Positions 10,506 to 19,770 of a stretch of DNA of 64,000 nt are shown here, in pieces (the first letter of the stretch is position 1; every line of letters begins with the position of its first letter). The notes beneath the pieces were generated by a model. That model had not been told where the DNA came from, did not search any database, and worked only from the letters and a program-made list of their open reading frames with translations. The DNA comes from Alphaproteobacteria bacterium (GTDB lineage: Bacteria > Pseudomonadota > Alphaproteobacteria > SP197). The translations under genes were made by a program, and so were the position numbers. The stretch covers positions 160,001 through 224,000 of the forward strand of contig OZ219746.1 of the NCBI GenBank assembly GCA_964291265.2, in the 5' to 3' direction.

Positions 10506-11612
10506 ATGAAGATCACCCGCATATCCGTCCATGGCCTGGATCTCCCCTTTCGGGAAGGCGCCTACCGTTGCCGCAATCATACCGAACACGGACAGACGAC
10601 GAGCATGGTCAGGATCGACTCGGATGAGGGAATCAGCGGCTGGGGAGAGATCGCGCCCCTTGGCGCCTTCTACTCCGAGGCCTTCACCGGAAGCGTGCGC
10701 GCCGGACTGGAACGCCTTGGGCCCGTGCTGCTGGGTGCCGATCCAAGGGAAACGGACAAGCTTGCCCGTATCATGGATGCGGCGATGCAGGGTCAGATGG
10801 ACGTCAAGTCGCCGCTCGACATCGCGTTGTGGGATATGGCCGCGCAAGCGGCCGGACTCCCCCTGGCCGAATTCCTCGGCGGGCGTGACGGCGCCTCCGT
10901 CGCCCTCTACCGCCCGGTATCGCAGGCCTCGCCGGAGATCATGCTGGCCTCGGCCCGCCATCACGTGGCCGAGGGGTACCGCCGTCTGCAGGTGAAGGTG
11001 GGAGACGACCCGGTCCTGGACGCCAGCCGTCTTCAGACCATTGCCGATGTCATGGGCGGCAGTGTCGTCGTCTTCTGCGACGCCAACGGCGCCTGGACCA
11101 GCCACGACGCCTTGCGTTTCGTCGAGAGGACGCGGGGAATCGACTACGTTCTCGAACAACCCTGCCGGACTCTGGGCGAGAACCTGGCGGTGAGGCGCCA
11201 CGCGGCGATTCCGATGGTGCTTGACGAGAGTGTCGACAGTCTCGATGCGCTGCTGCGCATTCACCGCAAGGGCGCGGCCGACGGCGTCACCATCAAGATT
11301 TCCAGGTTCGGCGGCATCACCCGCGCCAGGCGGATACGCAACCTTGCGGTCGATCTCGGACTCATGGTCACGGTCGAGTGTGTCGGCGGGGCCGACATCG
11401 CGAGCGCGGCCATAGCCCACATGTCGCTCTCCACTCCGCAAGCGATGCGGCTCCACACGGTCGACTTTCATAACTGGACGACGGTGTCGAATGCCGCCGG
11501 GCTTCCGGATGTCTGCGAAGGCGTCATGCGGGCGCCGGTCGATTCCGGCCTCGGCGTGACACCACGCGACGACGTCATCGGCACACCGCTGTTCTCATGT
11601 CACGCTGCCTGA
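10506..11612 (+). CDS. Mandelate racemase/muconate lactonizing enzyme family (hydroxyproline-betaine epimerase/hydroxyproline dehydratase-like)
   Basis: Enolase-superfamily motifs LQVKVG, DAN, EQP, LDE, KIS. Confidence 0.85.
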   Translation: MKITRISVHGLDLPFREGAYRCRNHTEHGQTTSMVRIDSDEGISGWGEIAPLGAFYSEAFTGSVRAGLERLGPVLLGADPRETDKLARIMDAAMQGQMDVKSPLDIALWDMAAQAAGLPLAEFLGGRDGASVALYRPVSQASPEIMLASARHHVAEGYRRLQVKVGDDPVLDASRLQTIADVMGGSVVVFCDANGAWTSHDALRFVERTRGIDYVLEQPCRTLGENLAVRRHAAIPMVLDESVDSLDALLRIHRKGAADGVTIKISRFGGITRARRIRNLAVDLGLMVTVECVGGADIASAAIAHMSLSTPQAMRLHTVDFHNWTTVSNAAGLPDVCEGVMRAPVDSGLGVTPRDDVIGTPLFSCHAA

Positions 11613-13474
11613 TTGCCGCGCCCGATGAGCCGGACGGCTGGCCTGCCTGGCGTGATGGCCTGGAGGCTTGGCGACGGTCATGCCGTCTCACCGGGGCCAG
11701 GCCTGCCCGGGACTGGGTGGGCCGCTGCTTCACGGCACACAAGATCCTGCTCTGGGACGAACGGTTCCTCGACCGCGAAACCGGGGCATGGCTCGTCGAG
11801 GACTACGTCGACGCGTTCGAGGCGCGCTTCGGCCCCCTTGACTGCGTCATCCTCTGGCATGCCTACCCCAACCTCGGCTTCGACCAGCGCAACCAGTTCG
11901 ACTTCTGGCGCGGCATGCCGGGCGGCATGGAGGGCCTCGCCGACATGATTGCCCGCCTGCACGCCTGCGGAAGTCGTGTCCTCCTCGCCTACAACCCCTG
12001 GGATGTGGCGACCCGCAGGGAAGGCCGCGACGATGCCACCTGCCTGGCCGATCTCGTGACGGAGCTCGTTGCGGACGGCCTCTACCTTGACACACTGTCG
12101 TCTGCGGCGCGTGATCTCGCCACCGTGCTCGAGGATGCCAGGCCCGGTATCGTCCTGCAGTCGCAGGCCCTCGTGCCGCCTGACAGGCTCGCCGATCATC
12201 GCATGGGATGGGCGGAGTCATGGGATGATTCCTGGGCGCCGGGGGTCCTGGCCAACAGGATTCTGGATCGCCGCCACATGATCCATGTCGTGCGCCGCTG
12301 GATGGCGGACCACACGCCGGAGATCCAGCTGGCGTGGATGAACGGCACCGGCATGGTGGTATGGGAGAACATCTTCGGGTCGTGGAATGGCTGGCGAGAC
12401 CGGGATGCCGTTCAGTGGAGTCTGGCCAGCCGGGTTCTTCGCCGGTGGTTCCGTCACTTCAATGAAGGGGTGTGGACACCGCTCGCCTGCATGCCGGCGC
12501 CCGGGGTGTTTGCCTCGAGATGGGAACTCGACGGCGTCCGGTTGTGGACGCTCGTCAATCGCAATCGCCAACCGGCGTCCGGTATCCACATTCCCGTCGA
12601 GGCTCCGGCAGCCTGTGAACCCCTGGCCGGACGCCAGCTTGTCGTCAACGACAATCAGGTCGCGATCGACATCCCGGCCGTCGGTCTCGGCGCTGTGGTC
12701 GAGGAAACCGTGGAGAGTGATTTCCTGATCAGCCAGGCAGACCGGTACCGACAACTCGACCTTGCTCCACACAAGCCGTCCCGTCTCGTTCCCAGGGCCC
12801 GCATGCGCCCCGCAACCCAGGGCTCGGCGCAGGCGCCGATCGGCATGGTCCACGTGACCGGGGGGGTGTACGTGCGGCGCGCCCGTTTCAGGCTGCGCGA
12901 GTGCGGCATGTACGAGAGCGCCCGCGCAGGCGAGAGCACGGACCTGGTTCTCCCCGGACTCCATTCCGTGGTGTCCCTGGAGTTCAGGGAGGAGCTGTCG
13001 CCCTATGCCATCGACCGGTATTCCGTCACCGTGGCGGCTTTCCGGCGCTTTGTGGAGGAAGCCGGGTACTTGCCCGATACGCCCGGGTCCTTCCTCGAGG
13101 CTGGGGCCGGGCCTCACGAGCCGGTCACGCGGGTTGATCCCGACGATGCCCGCGCCTATGCATCCTGGCTCGGGCGACGCCTGCCTACGGAAGCGGAGTG
13201 GCAACGGGCCGCCGAGGACGGACTGCTGGACGATGACCCGGTGCGTGTCTGGAACTGGACCGAGCCTGAAATGAGCGACGGACGAACACGGTTCTGCATT
13301 GTGAAGGGGGGCAGTCATCACCACCTCAAGGGCTCCGACTGGTATGCCGATGGAGGGGTGCACGATGCGGCGTTTGCCGCCAAGTACCTCCTCATGTGGT
13401 CCGGTCTCGACCGCTGTGACACCATCGGATTCCGCACCGCGATCGATCTCCGGGACCCACCTCAGGCCTCGTGA
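11597..13474 (+). CDS. Formylglycine-generating enzyme (SUMF1/EgtB/PvdO)-domain protein with long N-terminal TIM-barrel-like region
   Basis: C-terminal RLPTEAEWQRAA, VWNWT, KGGS, IGFRT; N-terminal WHAYPNLGFDQRNQFD. Confidence 0.8.
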   Translation: MSRCLIAAPDEPDGWPAWRDGLEAWRRSCRLTGARPARDWVGRCFTAHKILLWDERFLDRETGAWLVEDYVDAFEARFGPLDCVILWHAYPNLGFDQRNQFDFWRGMPGGMEGLADMIARLHACGSRVLLAYNPWDVATRREGRDDATCLADLVTELVADGLYLDTLSSAARDLATVLEDARPGIVLQSQALVPPDRLADHRMGWAESWDDSWAPGVLANRILDRRHMIHVVRRWMADHTPEIQLAWMNGTGMVVWENIFGSWNGWRDRDAVQWSLASRVLRRWFRHFNEGVWTPLACMPAPGVFASRWELDGVRLWTLVNRNRQPASGIHIPVEAPAACEPLAGRQLVVNDNQVAIDIPAVGLGAVVEETVESDFLISQADRYRQLDLAPHKPSRLVPRARMRPATQGSAQAPIGMVHVTGGVYVRRARFRLRECGMYESARAGESTDLVLPGLHSVVSLEFREELSPYAIDRYSVTVAAFRRFVEEAGYLPDTPGSFLEAGAGPHEPVTRVDPDDARAYASWLGRRLPTEAEWQRAAEDGLLDDDPVRVWNWTEPEMSDGRTRFCIVKGGSHHHLKGSDWYADGGVHDAAFAAKYLLMWSGLDRCDTIGFRTAIDLRDPPQAS

Positions 13475-13480
13475 CGATCC

Positions 13481-14035
13481 ATGATGCGGGCGATCAGACC
13501 GGACACCATCACCACGTCGCGCCTGGTTCTCGAACCACTGGACTTGCGTCACGCAACCCCCGTGACGCGTTTCTGCCGCCTGTGGGAGGTGGCCCGGTAC
13601 ACGACCAACATTCCTCACCCCTATCCTGCGGGTTGCGCCGAGGCCTTCGCCAAGGATGCCGCCAGCGAGAGGGAATCGGGAGGAGGCTGGGTCTATGCGG
13701 TCACCGTGGCTGACGGGGGTGATGTGATCGGCGTCATCGACATCACGCTCTGTGACAAGGACCGCACGGGCGAACTGGGCTATGCCTTTGCTCCCTGGAG
13801 CTGGGGCAACGGCTATGCTAGCGAAGCGGCACGGGCGTTGATCGGGTTCGCCTTCCGGATCCTGCGTCTCGACAAGGTCGAAGCCTTCGTCATGGCGGAG
13901 AACGAGGCCTCCCAGCGACTGCTCGCCAGAGTCGGCATGCGCCGGGTCGGAGAACGCATGATGCCGGCCCCGGCGAGAGAGCGGGAGGTCCTGTGCCAGG
14001 TCTTCCAGGTGTTCTGGTCATCGGTTCGCGCATGA
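13481..14035 (+). CDS. GNAT N-acetyltransferase, RimJ/RimL type
   Basis: TSRLVLEP, ELGY...WGNGYASEA, NEASQRLL. Confidence 0.88.
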   Translation: MMRAIRPDTITTSRLVLEPLDLRHATPVTRFCRLWEVARYTTNIPHPYPAGCAEAFAKDAASERESGGGWVYAVTVADGGDVIGVIDITLCDKDRTGELGYAFAPWSWGNGYASEAARALIGFAFRILRLDKVEAFVMAENEASQRLLARVGMRRVGERMMPAPAREREVLCQVFQVFWSSVRA

Positions 14036-14442
14036 CGCGGCGATCAGATCTGCTGGTCGTGGTCGCCTGTGCTCTGGTGGATACCGACAATCGGGTTCTC
14101 CTTGGCAGGCGCCCCGAGGGAAAACCCATGGCTGGTCTTTGGGAGTTTCCGGGCGGGAAGGTGCGCGCCGGCGAGACTCCGGAACACGCCCTGATCCGGG
14201 AGTTGCGCGAGGAACTCGGTATCGATGTCAGCGAGGCCTGCCTTGCGCCCTTCACCTTCGCCAGTCACGCCTGTCGCGACTTTCATCTCCTCATGCCGCT
14301 CTACGTCTGCCGTCAATGGGATGGCGTGATCGCACTCCGGGAGCACTCCGATCTCGCCTGGGTCCGTCCCCGGCGCATGGCCTCCTGGCCCATGCCACCG
14401 GCCGACACTCCCCTCGTCGCCATGCTCTGCGACCTGCTGTAG
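14032..14442 (+). CDS. mutT: 8-oxo-dGTP diphosphatase (Nudix)
   Basis: WEFPGGKVRAGETPEHALIRELREELG Nudix box; ATGA overlap with the GNAT. Confidence 0.92.
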   Translation: MTRRSDLLVVVACALVDTDNRVLLGRRPEGKPMAGLWEFPGGKVRAGETPEHALIRELREELGIDVSEACLAPFTFASHACRDFHLLMPLYVCRQWDGVIALREHSDLAWVRPRRMASWPMPPADTPLVAMLCDLL

Positions 14443-14749
14443 CGTCGGCGTTCGAACCGGTGGCATCGCCGTTGCCGCCCGGCGCCGGCATGATTTCGGC
14501 GGCCGTCCTGCCTCGTATTGCCTGAACCAGAAGCCAGTCCAGTTCCCCGGCTGTCATCGGACATTCCCGTCTGCCATGTGCAGCCATTGGATGTCGAGCG
14601 GGAGATCACGACGCCGAACACACAATCCCAGGTCAACCGGCTCCGGCTGGGACATCGTTGCGCAAGATGAAGGCCGGGGCGGACATGCCCCGCCATGACG
14701 GCGCCATCGGCAAGAGCCGGGTTCCGGGCAACACGTGCGCCACGGGCCG

Positions 14750-14803
14750 CAAGGCCGTCCCACGCTGGAATTCGCTTGATTTCTCTTGACGTCAGGCGTT
14801 CGT
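14750..14803 (+). mobile_element. Solo left end of the ISAs1-like element
   Basis: 54 bp near-identical to the element left ends at 29436 and 33361 (CAAGGCC..ACGCTGGAATTCGCTTGATTTC..GGCGTTCGT). Confidence 0.85.
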
Positions 14804-14983
14804 GGACTCACGACATGGAGGTTGCCGCACTGTCGTGACGGTGAATGCAAGGTTCGGCGTCTCTGGGACGAGGCGGTCGCGAAAAGCCTGGGCCGGGATC
14901 CGGACTGGCTGTCCGAATGGCGGCAGTTGTTGCACGGCGAGCCGCATGTGAGGGGGCTTGGCCGCAACCCGTACGGGGAGTGA
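14804..14983 (+). pseudogene. Orphan 3' gene fragment (possibly the C-terminus of a large restriction-modification-type protein)
   Basis: Protein-like tail DGECKVRRLWDEAVAKSLG...EPHVRGLG ending in TGA, joined directly to the solo IS end; family assignment is tentative. Confidence 0.35.
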
Positions 14984-15337
14984 CGCCGATCACGTCCCGC
15001 CTCTACCCCTGACCCGAAATTCCCCGACAGTTGCAAGGTTGACGCGGGACCTGAGGAAGCCCGGGGAGACCAGGCGAGGGTGGCGGCGCTGGAGCGGGAG
15101 ATGGCCTCCCTGAAGCGCAGGAACGCTCAACCTGGAGGCTGAGGCAGCGAAGCTGGGCTCAGACCCGAGCCCAACGACAATACCTCACCGCACCAACGAA
15201 CGCTTGCGGGGGAGGAATGAGGTATCGCCTTTCCCTCCGACGCTGCAACAAACCACAGGAATCAAGTGGGTTGTATCAGGTGATCAACTCCACTGGCGCG
15301 GCATGCGATGTGATTGTGTTCAACATCCGCGCCTCGG

Positions 15338-16189
15338 TCATGAGTCGCGGAGGACTTCGGTGAGGCTGATGTCGCCCGAGCCGGGGCGGAGGGGTTGCTG
15401 CTGGGAGGCGTGGGGAGCCCAGGCTGTCAGGTAGATGATGTCGAAGGTGGCGGGGATTCTCGTTTCGTGATCGGCGTAACGGTCCCGGTAGAGGGATGCG
15501 GCGTGAAGGAAGACATCCCTTCGCGCGAAGGTGCGGGGGCGATCAGCAAGGGCATTGCCTTCCCCCATGGCCCTGAGGTCGCGCATGAGGGAGAAGGCGT
15601 CGGGATAGGTCACCATGATGCGGTCGGCGTCGACGACGGGCAGGGCAAATCCGGCGCGCTGCAGGAGAGCGCCGGCGTCCCTGACATCGACCATGGGCGA
15701 GAGGCGTGGCGAGAGGCCGCCCGTGATGATGATCTCGGCCTCCGCGAGCACGTGCCTCAGTTCGACGAGCGTTTCCCCGCCGAGGAGCGCGGCGAGAAAG
15801 AGGCCGTCGGGCTTGAGCGCCATGCGGACCTGGATCAGCGTGCCGACGAGATCATTGACCCAGTGCAGGGCGAGATTGCTGATGACGGCGTCGAGCGAGG
15901 AGGGAGCGAAGGGGAGGTTCTCCTCGTCGACAGCCAGGTGGCGGGCGAAGGCGGGCGAGAGATCGGCCTCGATGAGAAGGTCGGTCTTGCGCTTGCCGGC
16001 CATGGCTCGGGCGAAGGCGCCGCGTCGGGCGCCAAGTTCGAGAGCGACGGGGAAGCGTCGCGTGATGTCGTCGAGGCGGTCAGCGAGACGGCCGGCAACG
16101 TCTGGGAAGAGGAAGTCGGCTTCGCTGCCCCTGGCCGCCGCGGCGCGGTGACGCCGGACGGCGCGGCGATCGAAGGGACCCTCGTTCAT
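15338..16189 (-). CDS. SAM-dependent methyltransferase (BioC/NDUFAF5-like)
   Basis: LELGA, LALHWVND, LQRAGFALPVVD, W-A-PHASQQQPLRPGS. Confidence 0.9.
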   Translation of the reverse strand: MNEGPFDRRAVRRHRAAAARGSEADFLFPDVAGRLADRLDDITRRFPVALELGARRGAFARAMAGKRKTDLLIEADLSPAFARHLAVDEENLPFAPSSLDAVISNLALHWVNDLVGTLIQVRMALKPDGLFLAALLGGETLVELRHVLAEAEIIITGGLSPRLSPMVDVRDAGALLQRAGFALPVVDADRIMVTYPDAFSLMRDLRAMGEGNALADRPRTFARRDVFLHAASLYRDRYADHETRIPATFDIIYLTAWAPHASQQQPLRPGSGDISLTEVLRDS

Positions 16190-16275
16190 GGGACCCATGG
16201 TGAAGGGCGGAGCGGGGTGGCACAACCCGGACCGGAGCTGCTATGGTCGCGCAGGATACGCTCGAGAGAATCGCC

Positions 16276-16539
16276 ATGGTCGAGGTCGTCGTCTACACGA
16301 CCATGTTCTGCCCCTACTGTACCGGCGCCCGGGACCTTCTCAGGTCGCAGGGTATCGCGTTCGAGGACATCGACGTGACGCTCGATGCCGCCAGGAGAAA
16401 ATCCATGGCCCGCATGGCCGGTGGCCGGCATAGCGTGCCCCAGATCTTCATCGAGGGGGAGGCGATCGGAGGCTACGACGACCTTCTCCGTCTCGAGCGC
16501 AACGGCGAACTGGCAGCCAGACTGGGGGAGCCGGCATGA
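16276..16539 (+). CDS. grxC: Glutaredoxin 3
   Basis: CPYC, SVPQIFI, IGGYDD. Confidence 0.93.
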   Translation: MVEVVVYTTMFCPYCTGARDLLRSQGIAFEDIDVTLDAARRKSMARMAGGRHSVPQIFIEGEAIGGYDDLLRLERNGELAARLGEPA

Positions 16540-17435
16540 GGCAGCTCAGGATCGCCTGCGTCCAGGTCAGCGCACAGCTCGACATGGAGGCCAACATCGA
16601 GGCGGCATCAGCCCTGGTGCACCAGGCAGCCGATGCCGGAGCCGATCTCGTCGGTCTGCCGGAGAATGTCGCACTCATGGCTGCGAGCGAGGAAGAACGG
16701 CTGGAGAACGCCTGGCGCCCCGTCGATCATCCGGCTCTCATCGCCTTCACCGGTCTCGCACGACAGCGGGGAATCTGGCTCCAGGCAGGATCCGTGGCAG
16801 CGCTTCGTGATGACGGCACACTGGCCAACCATGCCTTCCTCTTCGGTCCCGATGGCGAAATCACGGACTACGAGAAGATCCACATGTTCGATGTCGATCT
16901 ACCCGACGGATCGCGCTACCGGGAATCGGCGATGTTCCATCCGGGCGACACCGCGGTCCTCGCTCCCACGCCGTGGGGCCTGCTGGGCATGACGGTCTGC
17001 TACGATCTGCGCTTTCCCCATCTCTACCGCGAGCTCTCGAAGGCCGGTGCGGTCATGCTGACAGTCCCCTCGGCCTTCACGAAGGTGACGGGAGACGCCC
17101 ATTGGGAGGTGTTGCTGCGGGCCCGTGCCATCGAGTGCGGCGCCTTCGTCTTCGCTCCCTGCCAGACCGGTCACCATCCGGGCAACAGGCGCACCTGCGG
17201 TCACTCGCTGATTGTCGACCCCTGGGGTGTGGTCCTCGCCGATGCCGGCACGGACGTCGGGTTCTGCATCGCCGATGTCGATCTTGCCGAGGTGGCGCGG
17301 GTTCGAAGCACCATCCCGGCCCTTGAACATGACCGGCCCTATGCGCTCTCAGGTTTCCCGGCGGGCACACAGTCTCTGAAGAGCCGCCGGACGGGGCTTG
17401 ACGACGACGAGATCCTCGTACGCCAGCACGCGTAG
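16536..17435 (+). CDS. Carbon-nitrogen hydrolase (Nit1-like, deaminated glutathione amidase)
   Basis: LPEN, YEKIHMFD, VCYDLRFP, RARAIE; ATGA overlap with grxC. Confidence 0.9.
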   Translation: MRQLRIACVQVSAQLDMEANIEAASALVHQAADAGADLVGLPENVALMAASEEERLENAWRPVDHPALIAFTGLARQRGIWLQAGSVAALRDDGTLANHAFLFGPDGEITDYEKIHMFDVDLPDGSRYRESAMFHPGDTAVLAPTPWGLLGMTVCYDLRFPHLYRELSKAGAVMLTVPSAFTKVTGDAHWEVLLRARAIECGAFVFAPCQTGHHPGNRRTCGHSLIVDPWGVVLADAGTDVGFCIADVDLAEVARVRSTIPALEHDRPYALSGFPAGTQSLKSRRTGLDDDEILVRQHA

Positions 17436-17885
17436 GCTTCCGGCCACGGCCTCGAGAAGTTCTCCGGGTCCGAGGAGGAATGCTGGATTGCGCGGCCGAC
17501 CGAAACGCTCGTTGCCGACGGCGAAGGTCTCGTAGATGAGAAGGCCGCCCGGGGCGACATTGGCAACGATGTCCTTCAGTCCCGGACGCCACAGGTAGTT
17601 GGTGACGACGACGCCGGCGAAGGTCCTTCCCGAAAGGGGCCACCCGTCACCACTCTCGAGATCGCATTCCAGAAGCGTGACGCGCTCATCCCCGGCGAAC
17701 CGGGCCAGCGGTCCGGTGTCACGGTCGAGCGCGGTGACCGGATGGCCGTGTTCGAGCAGGAGTTGCGTGTGGCGGCCGCTTCCGGCGGCGAGGTCGAGCA
17801 CGTTTGCCTGCGGAGGGAGAAGGGAGATGAAACGCCGAACCCAGTCACTGGCGTCGGAGGTGGCCGGGTGCGGTGGAGGTGTCAT
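17349..17885 (-). CDS. Class I SAM-dependent methyltransferase
   Basis: VLDLAAGSGRH, VVTNYLWRP, PGGLLIYETF; start at MTPPPHP. Confidence 0.82.
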   Translation of the reverse strand: MTPPPHPATSDASDWVRRFISLLPPQANVLDLAAGSGRHTQLLLEHGHPVTALDRDTGPLARFAGDERVTLLECDLESGDGWPLSGRTFAGVVVTNYLWRPGLKDIVANVAPGGLLIYETFAVGNERFGRPRNPAFLLGPGELLEAVAGSLRVLAYEDLVVVKPRPAALQRLCARRET

Positions 17886-18056
17886 CGAGGGGCTCGGCGG
17901 CACGAACGGCGAGGCGTGGTCCGGTTGCCGTCGACGGGGACCACGGAGTGGTAGCCGAGGAATGTGATCAGGGTTCTCATGGCGTGCTCGGTGACGATAT
18001 CCCTTGTTCCGGTGAAATTTGCGCCTACATTTCATGCGACGGTTCAGGATGTTCTG

Positions 18057-18518
18057 ATGATCGTCTTCGATATCCAGTGCGGCAATGGCCATGTCTTCGA
18101 GGGCTGGTTTGCCGATTCCGCATCCTTTGACGCCCAGGTCAAGGCGAAGCATGTCGCCTGTCCCATATGCGGCGACACTGCCGTCGAGAAGGCCCTGATG
18201 ACGCCCAGCATTGCCGTGGCCCCCCGGTCCGGTGGTTCGGTGGAAGAAGAGCCTCCTGACGCCAGGACCGTGGCGCTTGCCAAACAGAAGAACGAGACCC
18301 GGAAGGTCATGGCGATGGCCCGCGCGCTGAAGGCGCACGTCGAGAAGAACTTCGAGAACGTCGGCGCGCGCTTTGCCGATGAGGCACGCAGGATTCACCA
18401 TGGTGATGCGGAAAGACGCAACATTCACGGCGTGGCGACACCGGTCGAATCCCGGGAACTGCGCGAGGAGGGGATCGAGTTCGGCGAACTGCCGGCATTG
18501 CCGAAACTCGACAGCTGA
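18057..18518 (+). CDS. DUF1178 family protein
   Basis: MIVFDIQCGNGHVFEGWF...CPICG...KALMTP...VGARFADEARRIH. Confidence 0.9.
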   Translation: MIVFDIQCGNGHVFEGWFADSASFDAQVKAKHVACPICGDTAVEKALMTPSIAVAPRSGGSVEEEPPDARTVALAKQKNETRKVMAMARALKAHVEKNFENVGARFADEARRIHHGDAERRNIHGVATPVESRELREEGIEFGELPALPKLDS

Positions 18519-18524
18519 ACCGGG

Positions 18525-19754
18525 TCACGTCCGCTGGATGACGGCACGGATTGCGGGTTCGGTCAGGACGTAGGCCATCAGGAAGACCATCAGCAGCGCA
18601 TTCATGACGAAGGGACCCGGGGTCCAGATCATGTAGAGCGGCATGGCGATCATCGGGCTCAGCACATGTCCGGCGGCGCCGGTGCCGATCAGGGTTCCCG
18701 CCGCCGTTCCCTGTTCCTTGGGCGAGACCGCGAGTGAGGCCGCCGTGGCGAATCCGGGGCGCAGCATGGCGATGCCGACACCGAAGAGCATCATGGCGGC
18801 CACCATGAGCGGGTAGGAGTCGGCAACGAGGATGACGACGAATCCCGCCAGGGCCAATGGACCGCCGGTCTTCAGAAGAAAACCCGGGCCCAGATTGAGG
18901 CGGGGCACGATGACCATCTGGAAGACGAGCGCGGCGCCGGCCGCCAGTGTCAGGCCGAAACCCACCTTGCGCGCCGCCTCTCCGGGATCGAAGAGGAGGG
19001 TGTCCATCATGTAGAAGGCGATGGTCTGCATCGACGACGCATGACAGATGCTCATGATCACGCTGCCGATGACGAAGGGCAGGATGCGGCGGTCAAGAAG
19101 CGAGATGCGCGGCATCGCCTTCCTCGACGAAGCGGACGATGATTCCGGGAGATAGAGGGCGATCACCACAAGACTGCATGCGGCAATGACGGCGACGGCC
19201 ACCAGCGGAGCCAGCAGGTGAACACCGACCAGGAGTGCTCCCAGACCCGGCCCCAGAACGACTCCGGCGGTGAAGGCCGCGTTGAGCATGGAGATGCCGC
19301 CGGTTCTCCCCGCCCGGTTGGTCCTGTCGGCGATGTAGGCCTGCGCCGCCGGGAAGGAGCCCGAGCCAAAGACGCCGTTGACGAGGCGGGCAGCAATCAT
19401 CAGGGGAAAGGCGACCATGACCGGCAACCAGCCGGCAAGGCCCGAGTGGATGGCGAGAGTGAAGAGCAGCATGGAGACGGCATAGGCGCCTACCCCCTGG
19501 GTAATGATGGGCTTGCGGCCGACGATATCGCTTCGGCGTCCCCAGAACGGGCTCATGGCCGCCCACATGCCCCCGGAAATGGCGAACACCAGTCCGACAT
19601 GCCACTCCGCGAGCTCCATGGTGCGGGCAATCGGCGGCAGGACAGAAAAAAGGAGGGACTGACCGAGCCCGACACAGACCAGGCTGGCAAGGAGGATGCC
19701 GAAGGCGGTCCTGTCCTGTCCGGGCCGACTTGTTCCCGGGGATGGTGGCGTCAA
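18525..19754 (-). CDS. MFS transporter (TetA/DHA1-like)
   Basis: About 12 TM; motif A WGRRSDIVGRKP; AQAYIAD. Confidence 0.88.
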   Translation of the reverse strand: MTPPSPGTSRPGQDRTAFGILLASLVCVGLGQSLLFSVLPPIARTMELAEWHVGLVFAISGGMWAAMSPFWGRRSDIVGRKPIITQGVGAYAVSMLLFTLAIHSGLAGWLPVMVAFPLMIAARLVNGVFGSGSFPAAQAYIADRTNRAGRTGGISMLNAAFTAGVVLGPGLGALLVGVHLLAPLVAVAVIAACSLVVIALYLPESSSASSRKAMPRISLLDRRILPFVIGSVIMSICHASSMQTIAFYMMDTLLFDPGEAARKVGFGLTLAAGAALVFQMVIVPRLNLGPGFLLKTGGPLALAGFVVILVADSYPLMVAAMMLFGVGIAMLRPGFATAASLAVSPKEQGTAAGTLIGTGAAGHVLSPMIAMPLYMIWTPGPFVMNALLMVFLMAYVLTEPAIRAVIQRT

Positions 19755-19770
19755 GACCTGTTCTCGGACC

